Below are positions 35,889-44,886 of a stretch of DNA of 50,926 nt, one piece after another. The notes below the pieces were generated by a model that did not search any database, was not told the DNA's origin, and saw only the letters and a program-made list of their open reading frames with translations. The stretch lies in contig CANPIH010000002.1 of NCBI GenBank assembly GCA_947574085.1, forward strand, positions 1 through 50,926, given 5' to 3'. The DNA comes from an uncultured Mycoplasmatota bacterium (GTDB lineage Bacteria > Bacillota_I > Bacilli_A > RF39 > UBA660). Both the position numbers and the translations under genes were made by a program. Every line of letters begins with the position of its first letter. The stretch's first letter is position 1.

Positions 35889-37652
35889 TTAATGAAAGTC
35901 TTTTAAAAAATTATATAAATTTTTAGCTACCTCCAACGGTACAATCTCTTCAAGTTCTTCTAATTTTGCTTTCTTCATTTTGGCTACACTTCCATATTTT
36001 TTTATTAAATCTTTCTTTCGTTTCTCTCCTATTCCACTGATATTGTCCAACACGCTTGCAATGCTTCCTTTGCTCCGAATAGTTCGATGATAATTAATAG
36101 TATAACGATGCACTTCATCTTGCATACGAGTTAAATAATGAAATACATTACTAGATCTATCCAGTTCTAATACTTCATAAGAATCACCCAAAATTAAATC
36201 GTTGGTTCGATGATGATCATTCTTTCGCAAACCACAAACCATAATTTTGACCTTTAAATCCTTCAATACTTCTTTACAAGCATTAATTTGATTTATTCCA
36301 CCATCTACAATAATTAAATCAGGTTTTTCTGTTTTTTCAAGCAACATACGATAATATCTTCGGTAAACAACTTCTTTCATTGTATGATAATCATCATTTT
36401 TATCTACTTGTATCTTAAATTTACGATAGTCTTTTTTACTAGGATTTCCGTTTTTAAAAACTACCATTCCACTTACAGAAAAATTTCCAAATAAATTGGA
36501 ATTGTCAAATAAATCAATACGATATAAGTTAGATAAGCCAAGAATTTCTTTTAACTCTTCATTCGCAGTAATGGTTTTATATTCATCTTTTTTGATCAGT
36601 TCAAGCTCGTTGTCCAAATTAATTTTCGAATTCATTACAGCCATTTCTAATAATTTTTTCTTTGAACCTCTAGTAGGAGTTAAAAACTTAACTTGTAAGA
36701 GTTGTTCTAAGAGTTCCCCATTCATATCTTCCAAAACCAAAATTTCTTTAGGAATTTCATGTTTTTCGTAAAAATTCACAATATATTCGTCAATATCATC
36801 AATAGCTTCACTGACTACAGGAAAAATTGCAGATTTTCCTCCCACCATTTTTCCACTACGAAGAAAAAAGATTTGCAAACTGATATATCCTTTATCAAAA
36901 TAATAACCAATTACATCACGATTAATTAAATCATGAAGCTCAACCTTTTGCTTATCCATAACAATTTTGATATATTCCAACTCTTTTTTGAGTTCCAAAG
37001 CCATTTCAAAATTTAAAGCCTCACTATATTCACACATTTTTTTTTCTAAGCGTTTAACTAAAATTTTATCATTTCCATTTAAAAAACTCAAAATTTCTTG
37101 TTCCATTTTCACTAAATTTTCTTGACTCAACTCTTTACTACAATATCCCAAACATTCATGAATATGATAATACAAACAAAGTTCTTTTTTACTTCCTTCA
37201 CACTTTTTTAAAGGATAGATTCTATTTAAAAGATTTACAATTCTTCTTGCCGCATATGCATTTGGATAAGGTCCAAATAATTTCTTACCATCTTTTTTGC
37301 GAATACTTAAATATCGAGAGACTTTTACTTTAGGATAGGGTTTTGCTATATATTCTATGTATGGATAGCTTTTATCATCTTTTAATAAAATATTATATTT
37401 TGGATTGTATTGCTTGATTAAATTAAGTTCCAAAACAAAAGCTTCTAATTCACTTTCAGCAACTATATAAGTAAAATCAGCAATTTCTGAAACCATTTTT
37501 TTTGTTTTTCCTGTTTGAGTACGATTAAAATAGGAAGAAAGTCTACGATGCAAATTTTTTGCTTTTCCCACGTAAATAACAGATCCATCCTCATTACGCA
37601 TCTGGTAACTTCCTGGTAAATTTGGAACTAAAGAAAGTTTATCTTTGAACAT
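35889..37652 (-). CDS. uvrC: Excinuclease ABC subunit C
   Basis: GIY-YIG start (PGSYQMRNEDGSVIYVGKAKNL), UvrBC domain, endonuclease V-like domain and C-terminal HhH. Confidence 0.95.
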   Translation of the reverse strand: MFKDKLSLVPNLPGSYQMRNEDGSVIYVGKAKNLHRRLSSYFNRTQTGKTKKMVSEIADFTYIVAESELEAFVLELNLIKQYNPKYNILLKDDKSYPYIEYIAKPYPKVKVSRYLSIRKKDGKKLFGPYPNAYAARRIVNLLNRIYPLKKCEGSKKELCLYYHIHECLGYCSKELSQENLVKMEQEILSFLNGNDKILVKRLEKKMCEYSEALNFEMALELKKELEYIKIVMDKQKVELHDLINRDVIGYYFDKGYISLQIFFLRSGKMVGGKSAIFPVVSEAIDDIDEYIVNFYEKHEIPKEILVLEDMNGELLEQLLQVKFLTPTRGSKKKLLEMAVMNSKINLDNELELIKKDEYKTITANEELKEILGLSNLYRIDLFDNSNLFGNFSVSGMVVFKNGNPSKKDYRKFKIQVDKNDDYHTMKEVVYRRYYRMLLEKTEKPDLIIVDGGINQINACKEVLKDLKVKIMVCGLRKNDHHRTNDLILGDSYEVLELDRSSNVFHYLTRMQDEVHRYTINYHRTIRSKGSIASVLDNISGIGEKRKKDLIKKYGSVAKMKKAKLEELEEIVPLEVAKNLYNFLKDFH

Positions 37653-37726
37653 AGAGTTTCCTCCTTTTTTATATTATACTATAAAATTATTAAAAAATAA
37701 GCTATAATACCTTAAAGGTGCTTTTC

Positions 37727-38086
37727 ATGAAATTAATAAATACATATACTTATGAAATAAAAAAATCTAAATTTATTGCTTATTATTATAACGTGGGAAA
37801 TCTAGAGGATATTAAATTTATTTTAGAAAATTTAAAAAAAGAACACAAAAAAGCAAGACACATTCCTTATGCTTACAAAATAGATAATATAATCCGCAAA
37901 AGTGATGATAAAGAACCTACTAATACGGCTGGAACTCCACTTTATAAATTAATTGAAAAAGAAAAATTAAATTATGTTCTTCTTGTGGTAGTTAGGTACT
38001 TTGGAGGTATAAAACTAGGTGCTGGAGGATTGTTAAGAGCTTATTTAACTACTGCAAAAGAGGCAGTCAAAGAAAGGAAAGAATGA
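37727..38086 (+). CDS. YigZ/IMPACT N-terminal domain (UPF0029) family protein
   Basis: IKKSKFIAY..., HIPYAYK, DDKEPTNTAG, VVVRYFGGIKLGAGGL. The ATG at 37727 lies behind AAAGGTG. Confidence 0.8.
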   Translation: MKLINTYTYEIKKSKFIAYYYNVGNLEDIKFILENLKKEHKKARHIPYAYKIDNIIRKSDDKEPTNTAGTPLYKLIEKEKLNYVLLVVVRYFGGIKLGAGGLLRAYLTTAKEAVKERKE

Positions 38087-38087
38087 T

Positions 38088-39134
38088 ATGCCATTAGTTA
38101 CTATTATTATACCCTTATTCAACAATGAAAAATATTTAAAAAAATGCTTAGATTCTGTGTTGTACCAAACCTATAAAAATATAGAAACTCTGATAGTGAA
38201 TGATGCCTCTACGGATCATTCCTTACAAATTGCAAAAGAATATGAAAAAAATAATAAAAATATAAAAATTTTTAATAATCCTTATAATTTAGGACTTTCA
38301 ACATCCAAAAATATAGGGCTAGAATATGCAAATGGAGATTATGTTTTCTTTTTAGACAGCAATGATTATTTAAGCAAAAACGCTATTCAAACATTAGTAG
38401 AATTAGCCATATTTTATAATGTTTCTCTCGTTTCCGCTAAACACCAAAATGTTTTAAGCAACTCCCCTTCTTCTTTTTCCAAACCAACAAAAATTCAAAA
38501 CCATTTCATTAATATAGAAAAAAATAAAAGCCATCTTTATTTTCACTGTGGAGTTGTATGGAACAAATTGTATCATCAAGAAATTATTCAAAATATTGAA
38601 TTTCCAGCTGGTCTATATTATGAAGACAATGCTTTTATTTATCCATTACTTACAAAAGCAAAAAAAGTTGTGCAAACCAATGAAATTTTATACTTTTATC
38701 GTAGGCATTTTAAAAGCATTACTATAGCGAATAAATTATTTCCAAGTGAAAGAATTTTAGATATTTATTCTATTATTGATTGTATAGAAAAATCATGTAT
38801 CTCTTTAAACACTTTTTCAGATTATAAAAACGAAATATTAGAAATTCAAAAACTATTAGCAACAACCCCCTTATTAAACGCTAGTACATGGTTTACTATG
38901 TCTAAAGAAGATCGTGAACAAGTTCTTGCAAATCTATACCAATTTACTTTAACAAAATTTCAAATACAAAATATCATAGACACTCCCATTGTTCAAAGAA
39001 AAATAGAACAAAATCAACTTTATAAGATAAGAATTTCTTTAATGCTTATGCAAATCAAACAAAAATATTTTCTGGAAGAAAATAACTATTCTCTAGACCA
39101 GGCAAAAAAAATAATTTCTAAATACAAAAGATGA
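38088..39134 (+). CDS. Family 2 glycosyltransferase
   Basis: VTIIIPLFNNEKYLKKCLDSVLYQTY...IVNDASTDHS and a DSND (DxD-like) motif. Confidence 0.88.
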   Translation: MPLVTIIIPLFNNEKYLKKCLDSVLYQTYKNIETLIVNDASTDHSLQIAKEYEKNNKNIKIFNNPYNLGLSTSKNIGLEYANGDYVFFLDSNDYLSKNAIQTLVELAIFYNVSLVSAKHQNVLSNSPSSFSKPTKIQNHFINIEKNKSHLYFHCGVVWNKLYHQEIIQNIEFPAGLYYEDNAFIYPLLTKAKKVVQTNEILYFYRRHFKSITIANKLFPSERILDIYSIIDCIEKSCISLNTFSDYKNEILEIQKLLATTPLLNASTWFTMSKEDREQVLANLYQFTLTKFQIQNIIDTPIVQRKIEQNQLYKIRISLMLMQIKQKYFLEENNYSLDQAKKIISKYKR

Positions 39135-39152
39135 CAATTGTTTGTCATCTTT
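39130..39152. terminator. Bidirectional hairpin between the GT2 gene and trxA
   Basis: GATGACAA-ttgt-TTGTCATC followed by TTT. Overlaps the GT2 stop codon. Confidence 0.5.
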
Positions 39153-39444
39153 AAAGAATACTAATTATTTTTTCTATTTCTTCTTTAGTTTTAAAACCAA
39201 TTTCTTTTCGTACTTGTTTTCCATCTTTGAAAAAAACCAATGTGGGAATACTCATAATCGCAAATTGTTGAGCTAGTTCTTGATGTGTATCCGTATTTAC
39301 TTTTAAAATATTTACGTTTTCTAATTGTTCCAGTACCATTCCCAACATTTTGCAAGGTCCACACCAATCTGCATAAAAATCAACTACAAATACTCCTTTT
39401 TCGATAACACTCTCTAATTTTTCATTTTCTAAATAACGAATCAT
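39151..39444 (-). CDS. trxA: Thioredoxin
   Basis: WCGPC active site, 97 aa. Confidence 0.93.
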   Translation of the reverse strand: MIRYLENEKLESVIEKGVFVVDFYADWCGPCKMLGMVLEQLENVNILKVNTDTHQELAQQFAIMSIPTLVFFKDGKQVRKEIGFKTKEEIEKIISIL

Positions 39445-39446
39445 TC

Positions 39447-40154
39447 TTATGTCTCCTTTTCATATTTTGCAATTATGACACTTGCATCTTTAATTTTTAA
39501 TTTCTTTTTCTCTACTAGTTTATTCGCATTATCCACACTTAATACCTTATATTTTAAAAGAATATTCAATCCATCTTGATTTAATTTGTCTTTATCTTGA
39601 GTTACTGTATACGCTTTATTTAAGTCAATTACTTCTTGAACAGCTTTATAAGATTCATTAAAAACGTTACTTATAAAAGGAGTTTTCCCTAATATAAAAT
39701 TGGCAATTTTGCTATTAGAAATCAAACTACTTTGAACATTAAATTGAATTAGAGCAAATAAAATCGCAAAAAGAAACAAATACATCTCTAAAAAACCAAA
39801 TAAAGCACCTAATAATTTAGAAGGAATACCCAGCACAATTGTAAATTTTAATAGAGTTTCTATAATTCCAGATATTTTGATAGCAATACTTAATAAAGAA
39901 GAAAACAATGCAAATAAAATAATAAATGCAATAGCTTCATAAATTAAAATATTTAAAACTTCCAAATCTACAGGAAAAAAAGGAAAATAAGTATACAGAA
40001 ATACAGACAAAGGGTTTTTGAAAGAAAAAGCTAGAACAAAAACTAATATTGTTCCTACAAAAGAGACAATACTTTTTATCACACCTTTTTTAAAACCAAC
40101 TATTATTCCTAAAAAAAGAAATAAAATAAGAATTGCATCCACAATATTCAACAT
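39447..40154 (-). CDS. cvpA: CvpA-family membrane protein
   Basis: N-terminal MLNIVDAILILFLFLGIIVGFKKG typical of CvpA, four transmembrane spans, soluble C-terminal tail. Confidence 0.75.
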   Translation of the reverse strand: MLNIVDAILILFLFLGIIVGFKKGVIKSIVSFVGTILVFVLAFSFKNPLSVFLYTYFPFFPVDLEVLNILIYEAIAFIILFALFSSLLSIAIKISGIIETLLKFTIVLGIPSKLLGALFGFLEMYLFLFAILFALIQFNVQSSLISNSKIANFILGKTPFISNVFNESYKAVQEVIDLNKAYTVTQDKDKLNQDGLNILLKYKVLSVDNANKLVEKKKLKIKDASVIIAKYEKET

Positions 40155-40245
40155 AAATCACTCTCCTAATCTATTAATAGTATATCCTATATCTAATGAA
40201 AAAGAAAGAAATTTATGATACAATAATTTATGAGGTGAAAAACGT

Positions 40246-41187
40246 TTGACTATAGTTTTTAAGGTAAGCGATAATGTAAGAAAAAAAATGGTGGAATATT
40301 ATAAAGATCGTTATAGAGAAAATACTCCACCTTATGCAGTTTTTCAAGCATTAGAAGCAGACACTATCATCACTTTATATGAAAGTGGTAAAGCCATGTT
40401 TCAAGGAATTAGTGCGGATATCGACGCAAACATATGGGTCGATATGGAAAAAAAACTAAACAATCGCACTATTGATATCTATGCAAACAAAAAAGAAAAA
40501 GACCAATATAAAGAAGAACTAAATTATTATTATAGCCTATCCACTATAGGCTCTGATGAGGTAGGTACTGGCGATTATTTTGGACCAATTGTTGTTACTG
40601 CAAGTTATGTTGCAAAAGAAAAAATCAATTTAATAAATGATTTAGGAGTAAAAGACTCTAAAAAACTAACAGATGAAAAAATTTTAAAAATTGCACCTAT
40701 TTTAATTAAAGAAATACCATACGTCACATTTACTTTAAACAATTCTGACTATAACAAATATCAAGAAAAAGGTTATAATATGAATAAAATTAAAGCTATA
40801 TTACATAATAAAGTTTTGTACAACATAACACATAAGGAAAAAAACTATTATTATCAAAAAATTGTAGTTGATCAATTTGTATACCCAAAAAAATATTTTG
40901 AACATATAAATGAAGCAACAGAAAAAGTCACCAATATTACTTTTACGACTAAGGCGGAAAGCAAATGTGCAAGTGTGGCCGTGGCAAGTATAATAAGTCG
41001 TTATATTTTTCTAATGAAAATGGATGAATTAAGTAAAGAAATTGGTTTTATTTTGCCGAAAGGTGCAAATGACTTAGTTGATGATATAGGAAAAAAAATT
41101 GTTTTAAAATTTGGAATTGAAAAGTTAAAAGAAGTGGCGAAACTAAATTTTAAAAATACAGAAAAAATAAAAGAAATGTTAAAATGA
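40246..41187 (+). CDS. rnhC: Ribonuclease HIII
   Basis: N-terminal TBP-like domain, then IGSDEVGTGDYFGP catalytic start and ASIISR block. TTG start behind GAGGTG. Confidence 0.88.
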   Translation: MTIVFKVSDNVRKKMVEYYKDRYRENTPPYAVFQALEADTIITLYESGKAMFQGISADIDANIWVDMEKKLNNRTIDIYANKKEKDQYKEELNYYYSLSTIGSDEVGTGDYFGPIVVTASYVAKEKINLINDLGVKDSKKLTDEKILKIAPILIKEIPYVTFTLNNSDYNKYQEKGYNMNKIKAILHNKVLYNITHKEKNYYYQKIVVDQFVYPKKYFEHINEATEKVTNITFTTKAESKCASVAVASIISRYIFLMKMDELSKEIGFILPKGANDLVDDIGKKIVLKFGIEKLKEVAKLNFKNTEKIKEMLK

Positions 41188-41233
41188 TTTCTTTTATTTT
41201 TTTAGTTTCTTTTTTTATTCTCAAAATCTGTAT

Positions 41234-41259
41234 AAAAAAGCATAGAATTTGATCTATGC
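41234..41259 (-). terminator. Terminator after valS
   Basis: GCATAGA (41240-41246) pairs with TCTATGC (41253-41259). A6 on the plus strand gives a U-run on the minus transcript. Confidence 0.55.
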
Positions 41260-41264
41260 TGATT

Positions 41265-43682
41265 TTAATCTTGAATCTCCATTTCTAATTCGATATTATT
41301 TATTTTATATTTTTCATCAGTCTGACTTAATTTTAAATTTTGAATAGTTAATGTAGCTTTAAAATCTTGAAGTGACTCATTTATTGCTTTTTCCAGTTCT
41401 TTATTTACACTTAAATCAAAATATTTAATAGAAGTTTTAAGAGAAACATTTTTATTTGTTTTTTCTCCTCTTACTTGGCTAATTATATCAATTATGATGT
41501 CTCCATTTTTAATTTCTTTTTTAAAATCAAAATTTAATGGTTTTATTTGGGTTAAATGAATTGATTTGGTATAGTGATACAATTCTTGATAAACTTCTTC
41601 AGTAATAAATGGGAAAAAGATACTAAAATCTTGAAGTAATTTATAAAGTAACGTATAAACTGTCTTTTGTCCTGAATATCTAGCAACATTGCCAAATTCT
41701 TCTGGTCTATACAATCTATGCTTTACAATTTCAATATAGTTATCACAGAAATTCCAAAAAAACTTTTCGAGAGTATTCAATGCAAGTCCGACTTCATATT
41801 CATCAAGATAATTTATAAATCCTAATTCCATTTCTTGATATTTACCAAGTATCCATTTATCAATATATTCATAATCATTGAATTCTTTATCTTCATAATC
41901 AACTAAATGCATTTCTATAAATTTAGCCACATTCCATAATTTATTTACCAATTTTCGACCTCTAAGAAAAGTTTCTTCACTAAACGCTATATCTGTACCA
42001 AGTCTTCCGGATCCAGCCCAATAACGAATGACATCTGCTGAATACTCTTTAATTAATTCTATTGGTTCAATTTTACTATTTCCTTTGCTTTTACTTATTT
42101 TTTCTCCTTTATTAGCCATTACAAATCCAGAAATCATTACATTGTTCCAAGGACGCATGCCAAAGTGATAAAAACTCTTAACTATAGTATAAAAATCCCA
42201 TGTCCTAATTATTTCAGAAGCATTGGTTCTAATACTCATTGGTTTTAAGAAATCTTCAAAATTTTCTTGTTCACCATATTTCATATTAATTAATGGCGTT
42301 ACAGAAGAAGTTGCCCATGTATCCATGACATCCGTTTCTGGAATAAAAAATTTGCATCCACATTTACAAGCGTCAATATTAGGCTTATCTACCAACGGAT
42401 TAACTGGTAAATCCGATACTCTTGCAAATACTGGCTCACCACACTCTTTACAATACCAAACTGGGAATGGTACTCCAAAATATCTTTGTCTTGAGATACA
42501 CCAATCCCACATAATATTTTCTACCCATTCATTATATCTAATTTTCATATGTTCAGGATGCCATTTTATCTCTGCACCAATTTTTAAAAAATCATTCTTA
42601 TGATTCATAATATCTATAAACCATTGTTTCATTACAGAATATTCTACTTCTTTGCCACATCTTTCATGCGTTTGAACTTCGTGTTCTAATTCTTCAATTT
42701 TAGCTACAAATCCACCAGCACTTAAATCTTTTATAATTTGTTTTCTTGCCTCTTTTATATTAAGACCACCATAAATTGGAACTTCAGAAGTAATTTTACC
42801 ATTATCTGTAAAAATGTATTTAAGTGGTAAATTATATTTTTTCCACCATTCAATATCTGTTTGATCTCCAAAAGTACAGCACATAACAATTCCAGTTCCT
42901 TTGTCAATTGCGACTTTTTCGTCTGCCATAATTGGCACTTCTACCTCTATTACTGGAATATGAGCTGTTTTACCAATTAAATGACTATGTACATCATCAT
43001 TAGGATTTACAAAAACACATACAATTGCTGGTAACAATTCTGGTCTTGTTGTTGCTATTGTAAACTCTTCACTCGTTTCTACAGTTTTAAAATTAATATA
43101 ATTAAACGTAGTTTGAATTGTCTTTGTTTCAAGTTCAGCTTGGGCTATTGAAGTTAAACACTCATTACACCAAAGTGCTGGACTTTCTTTATGATAACAA
43201 TGACCTTTATTAATCAAATCTAAAAATGATAATTGACTAATTTTTATAGTAGAAGGACTCACTGTTTTGTAATGAATATCCCAATCTGTACTAACGCCCA
43301 TTTTACTAAATAGTTCTTGGAATTCTGCTTCATACCTGTCTGTGGTTTGATAACATAATTTTGAAAATTCTTCTCGGCCTATTTCATGAGCCTTTTTTCC
43401 TTGTTCTTTTTCTACTAATCTTTCACTTGGCAATCCGTTATCATCAAATCCAAATGGATAGAAAATATTGAACCCTCTTAATCTCTTGTATCTTGCTATC
43501 ATTTCAGTTTGAGAATATGAAAATATATGTCCTATATGAATTTTTCCATTTACGGTTGGTGGGGGGGTATCAATTGAAAATACTTCTCTTTGATCTGGTT
43601 TAAATTCATAAATTTTATTTTCTTTCCAATAATTTAGCCACTTTGTTTCTTTTTCTTGTGCGTTGTACTTTTTATCTAACAT
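41265..43682 (-). CDS. valS: Valine--tRNA ligase (short, archaeal/actinobacterial-like type)
   Basis: IDTPPPTVNGKIHIGHIFSY (HIGH), FGFDDNGLPSE, KISKSKGN (KMSKS), 805 aa. A Val-type T-box heads the transcription unit. Confidence 0.85.
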   Translation of the reverse strand: MLDKKYNAQEKETKWLNYWKENKIYEFKPDQREVFSIDTPPPTVNGKIHIGHIFSYSQTEMIARYKRLRGFNIFYPFGFDDNGLPSERLVEKEQGKKAHEIGREEFSKLCYQTTDRYEAEFQELFSKMGVSTDWDIHYKTVSPSTIKISQLSFLDLINKGHCYHKESPALWCNECLTSIAQAELETKTIQTTFNYINFKTVETSEEFTIATTRPELLPAIVCVFVNPNDDVHSHLIGKTAHIPVIEVEVPIMADEKVAIDKGTGIVMCCTFGDQTDIEWWKKYNLPLKYIFTDNGKITSEVPIYGGLNIKEARKQIIKDLSAGGFVAKIEELEHEVQTHERCGKEVEYSVMKQWFIDIMNHKNDFLKIGAEIKWHPEHMKIRYNEWVENIMWDWCISRQRYFGVPFPVWYCKECGEPVFARVSDLPVNPLVDKPNIDACKCGCKFFIPETDVMDTWATSSVTPLINMKYGEQENFEDFLKPMSIRTNASEIIRTWDFYTIVKSFYHFGMRPWNNVMISGFVMANKGEKISKSKGNSKIEPIELIKEYSADVIRYWAGSGRLGTDIAFSEETFLRGRKLVNKLWNVAKFIEMHLVDYEDKEFNDYEYIDKWILGKYQEMELGFINYLDEYEVGLALNTLEKFFWNFCDNYIEIVKHRLYRPEEFGNVARYSGQKTVYTLLYKLLQDFSIFFPFITEEVYQELYHYTKSIHLTQIKPLNFDFKKEIKNGDIIIDIISQVRGEKTNKNVSLKTSIKYFDLSVNKELEKAINESLQDFKATLTIQNLKLSQTDEKYKINNIELEMEIQD

Positions 43683-43843
43683 CTTTTATTTTCCTTTCTT
43701 TTTTTAAAATATTTAATAAGTAATTTTTAATAATAAGGTACACAACTTGAATATTTTTTACATTGAACTTTTTCGTTCATAGTCTTTTTTTTACCAATAT
43801 TCATATTAATTTCTTCTACTTTTTAAAATCATATTATTTCAAC

Positions 43844-44599
43844 TTATTCATCATTTATTCTATCTTCTAAATAATTTCTTATTTCTTGTTTAATACATTC
43901 AAATTCATCTTCCAGTGTTTTATCTATTTCAACTACAGACAAATAAAGTTCTAAATTATCTGTTTCTTTTAACAATTCATATGATTCTTTAAATTCTATA
44001 TCAAAAATATAAGCTATTTCTGCGACAATAGTGTCACTTAAACTTTGAACTTCTCTTTTATCTATTAAATTATGCTTAAAAAAAGTTTCTTTCACCGATT
44101 CTGTTAATGGAACATTAAAATCCCACTTTTGACAAGATGTAGCTTCTTGTCTAAGAATATCTATTTTATCTACATCTCGTATTAATTTTGCAAAAAAAAG
44201 CTCTTTTTCCTCAAGACCATCATCTATTTTTAATTTATTATGATTTTCTATAGATTTTTTAATAATGTTATGAAACCTTTTTGGAATATTAAAGTCATTT
44301 ATGTGTCCCTTTTTAAATAAAAAATCAATACCAGCTAAAGCATAATCTAAATTACTTAAATAATCACTATAAGTTTTTGCTTCGTTGTATTGAGAAAAGC
44401 GTCCAATATCATGCAAAAGCCCTATTGTTTTAAAAAGAGTTTTATCTTCATCTGTGAACTCAAGTCTTTTTGCAAGTTTTTCGGCCAAATCTGCGGTATG
44501 ATAACTATGACTAATTTTCATTGCAATCATTGCGTCATTTGAAGAAAATTGTTCAACATATTTTTTAAATTGCTTTAAAACAGCTTCGTAATCTATCAA
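43844..44599 (-). CDS. HD-domain metal-dependent phosphohydrolase
   Basis: SHSYHTADLAEKLA and GLLHDIGRF (H...HD). TTG start 8 nt after AAGGAGG. Confidence 0.75.
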   Translation of the reverse strand: MIDYEAVLKQFKKYVEQFSSNDAMIAMKISHSYHTADLAEKLAKRLEFTDEDKTLFKTIGLLHDIGRFSQYNEAKTYSDYLSNLDYALAGIDFLFKKGHINDFNIPKRFHNIIKKSIENHNKLKIDDGLEEKELFFAKLIRDVDKIDILRQEATSCQKWDFNVPLTESVKETFFKHNLIDKREVQSLSDTIVAEIAYIFDIEFKESYELLKETDNLELYLSVVEIDKTLEDEFECIKQEIRNYLEDRINDE

Positions 44600-44822
44600 A
44601 AAAACTCCTCCTTAATTTAAGGACGAGTTTTCCCGCGGTACCACCTTATTTTATACAAAATGTATACTCTTCATTTTCTCTTTAACGTCAGAGTAAACGA
44701 AAATTCTTACTCATTTCAGAATTTCAGCTCCATTGCTACCTTCCATAAAGAATCTGTTTATTCTCACCTAACATAAACTCTCTTAAAAAAATTCTTTTAT
44801 GTACTCCTCAATTTCTTTGCTT
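44600..44822 (-). promoter_or_regulatory. T-box leader RNA, probable Val (GUA) specifier
   Basis: Minus strand: AGUA/GAAGGUAG specifier loop with GUA at 44737-44739; distal loop GGUGAGA; T-box core AATAAGGTGGTACCGCGGG (44632-44650); terminator ACTCGTCCTTAA/TTAAGGAGGAGT plus T7 that also contains the SD. Confidence 0.88.
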
Positions 44823-44829
44823 TTTTCTA

Positions 44830-44858
44830 ATTTTATCTCTTTTTATATGTAATTGCAA
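44830..44858 (-). promoter_or_regulatory. Promoter of the Val T-box leader
   Basis: TTGCAA (44853-44858), 17-nt spacer, TAAAAT (44830-44835) on the minus strand. Confidence 0.5.
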
Positions 44859-44886
44859 CCTTTTCTATTTACTATTTATAATTTTC

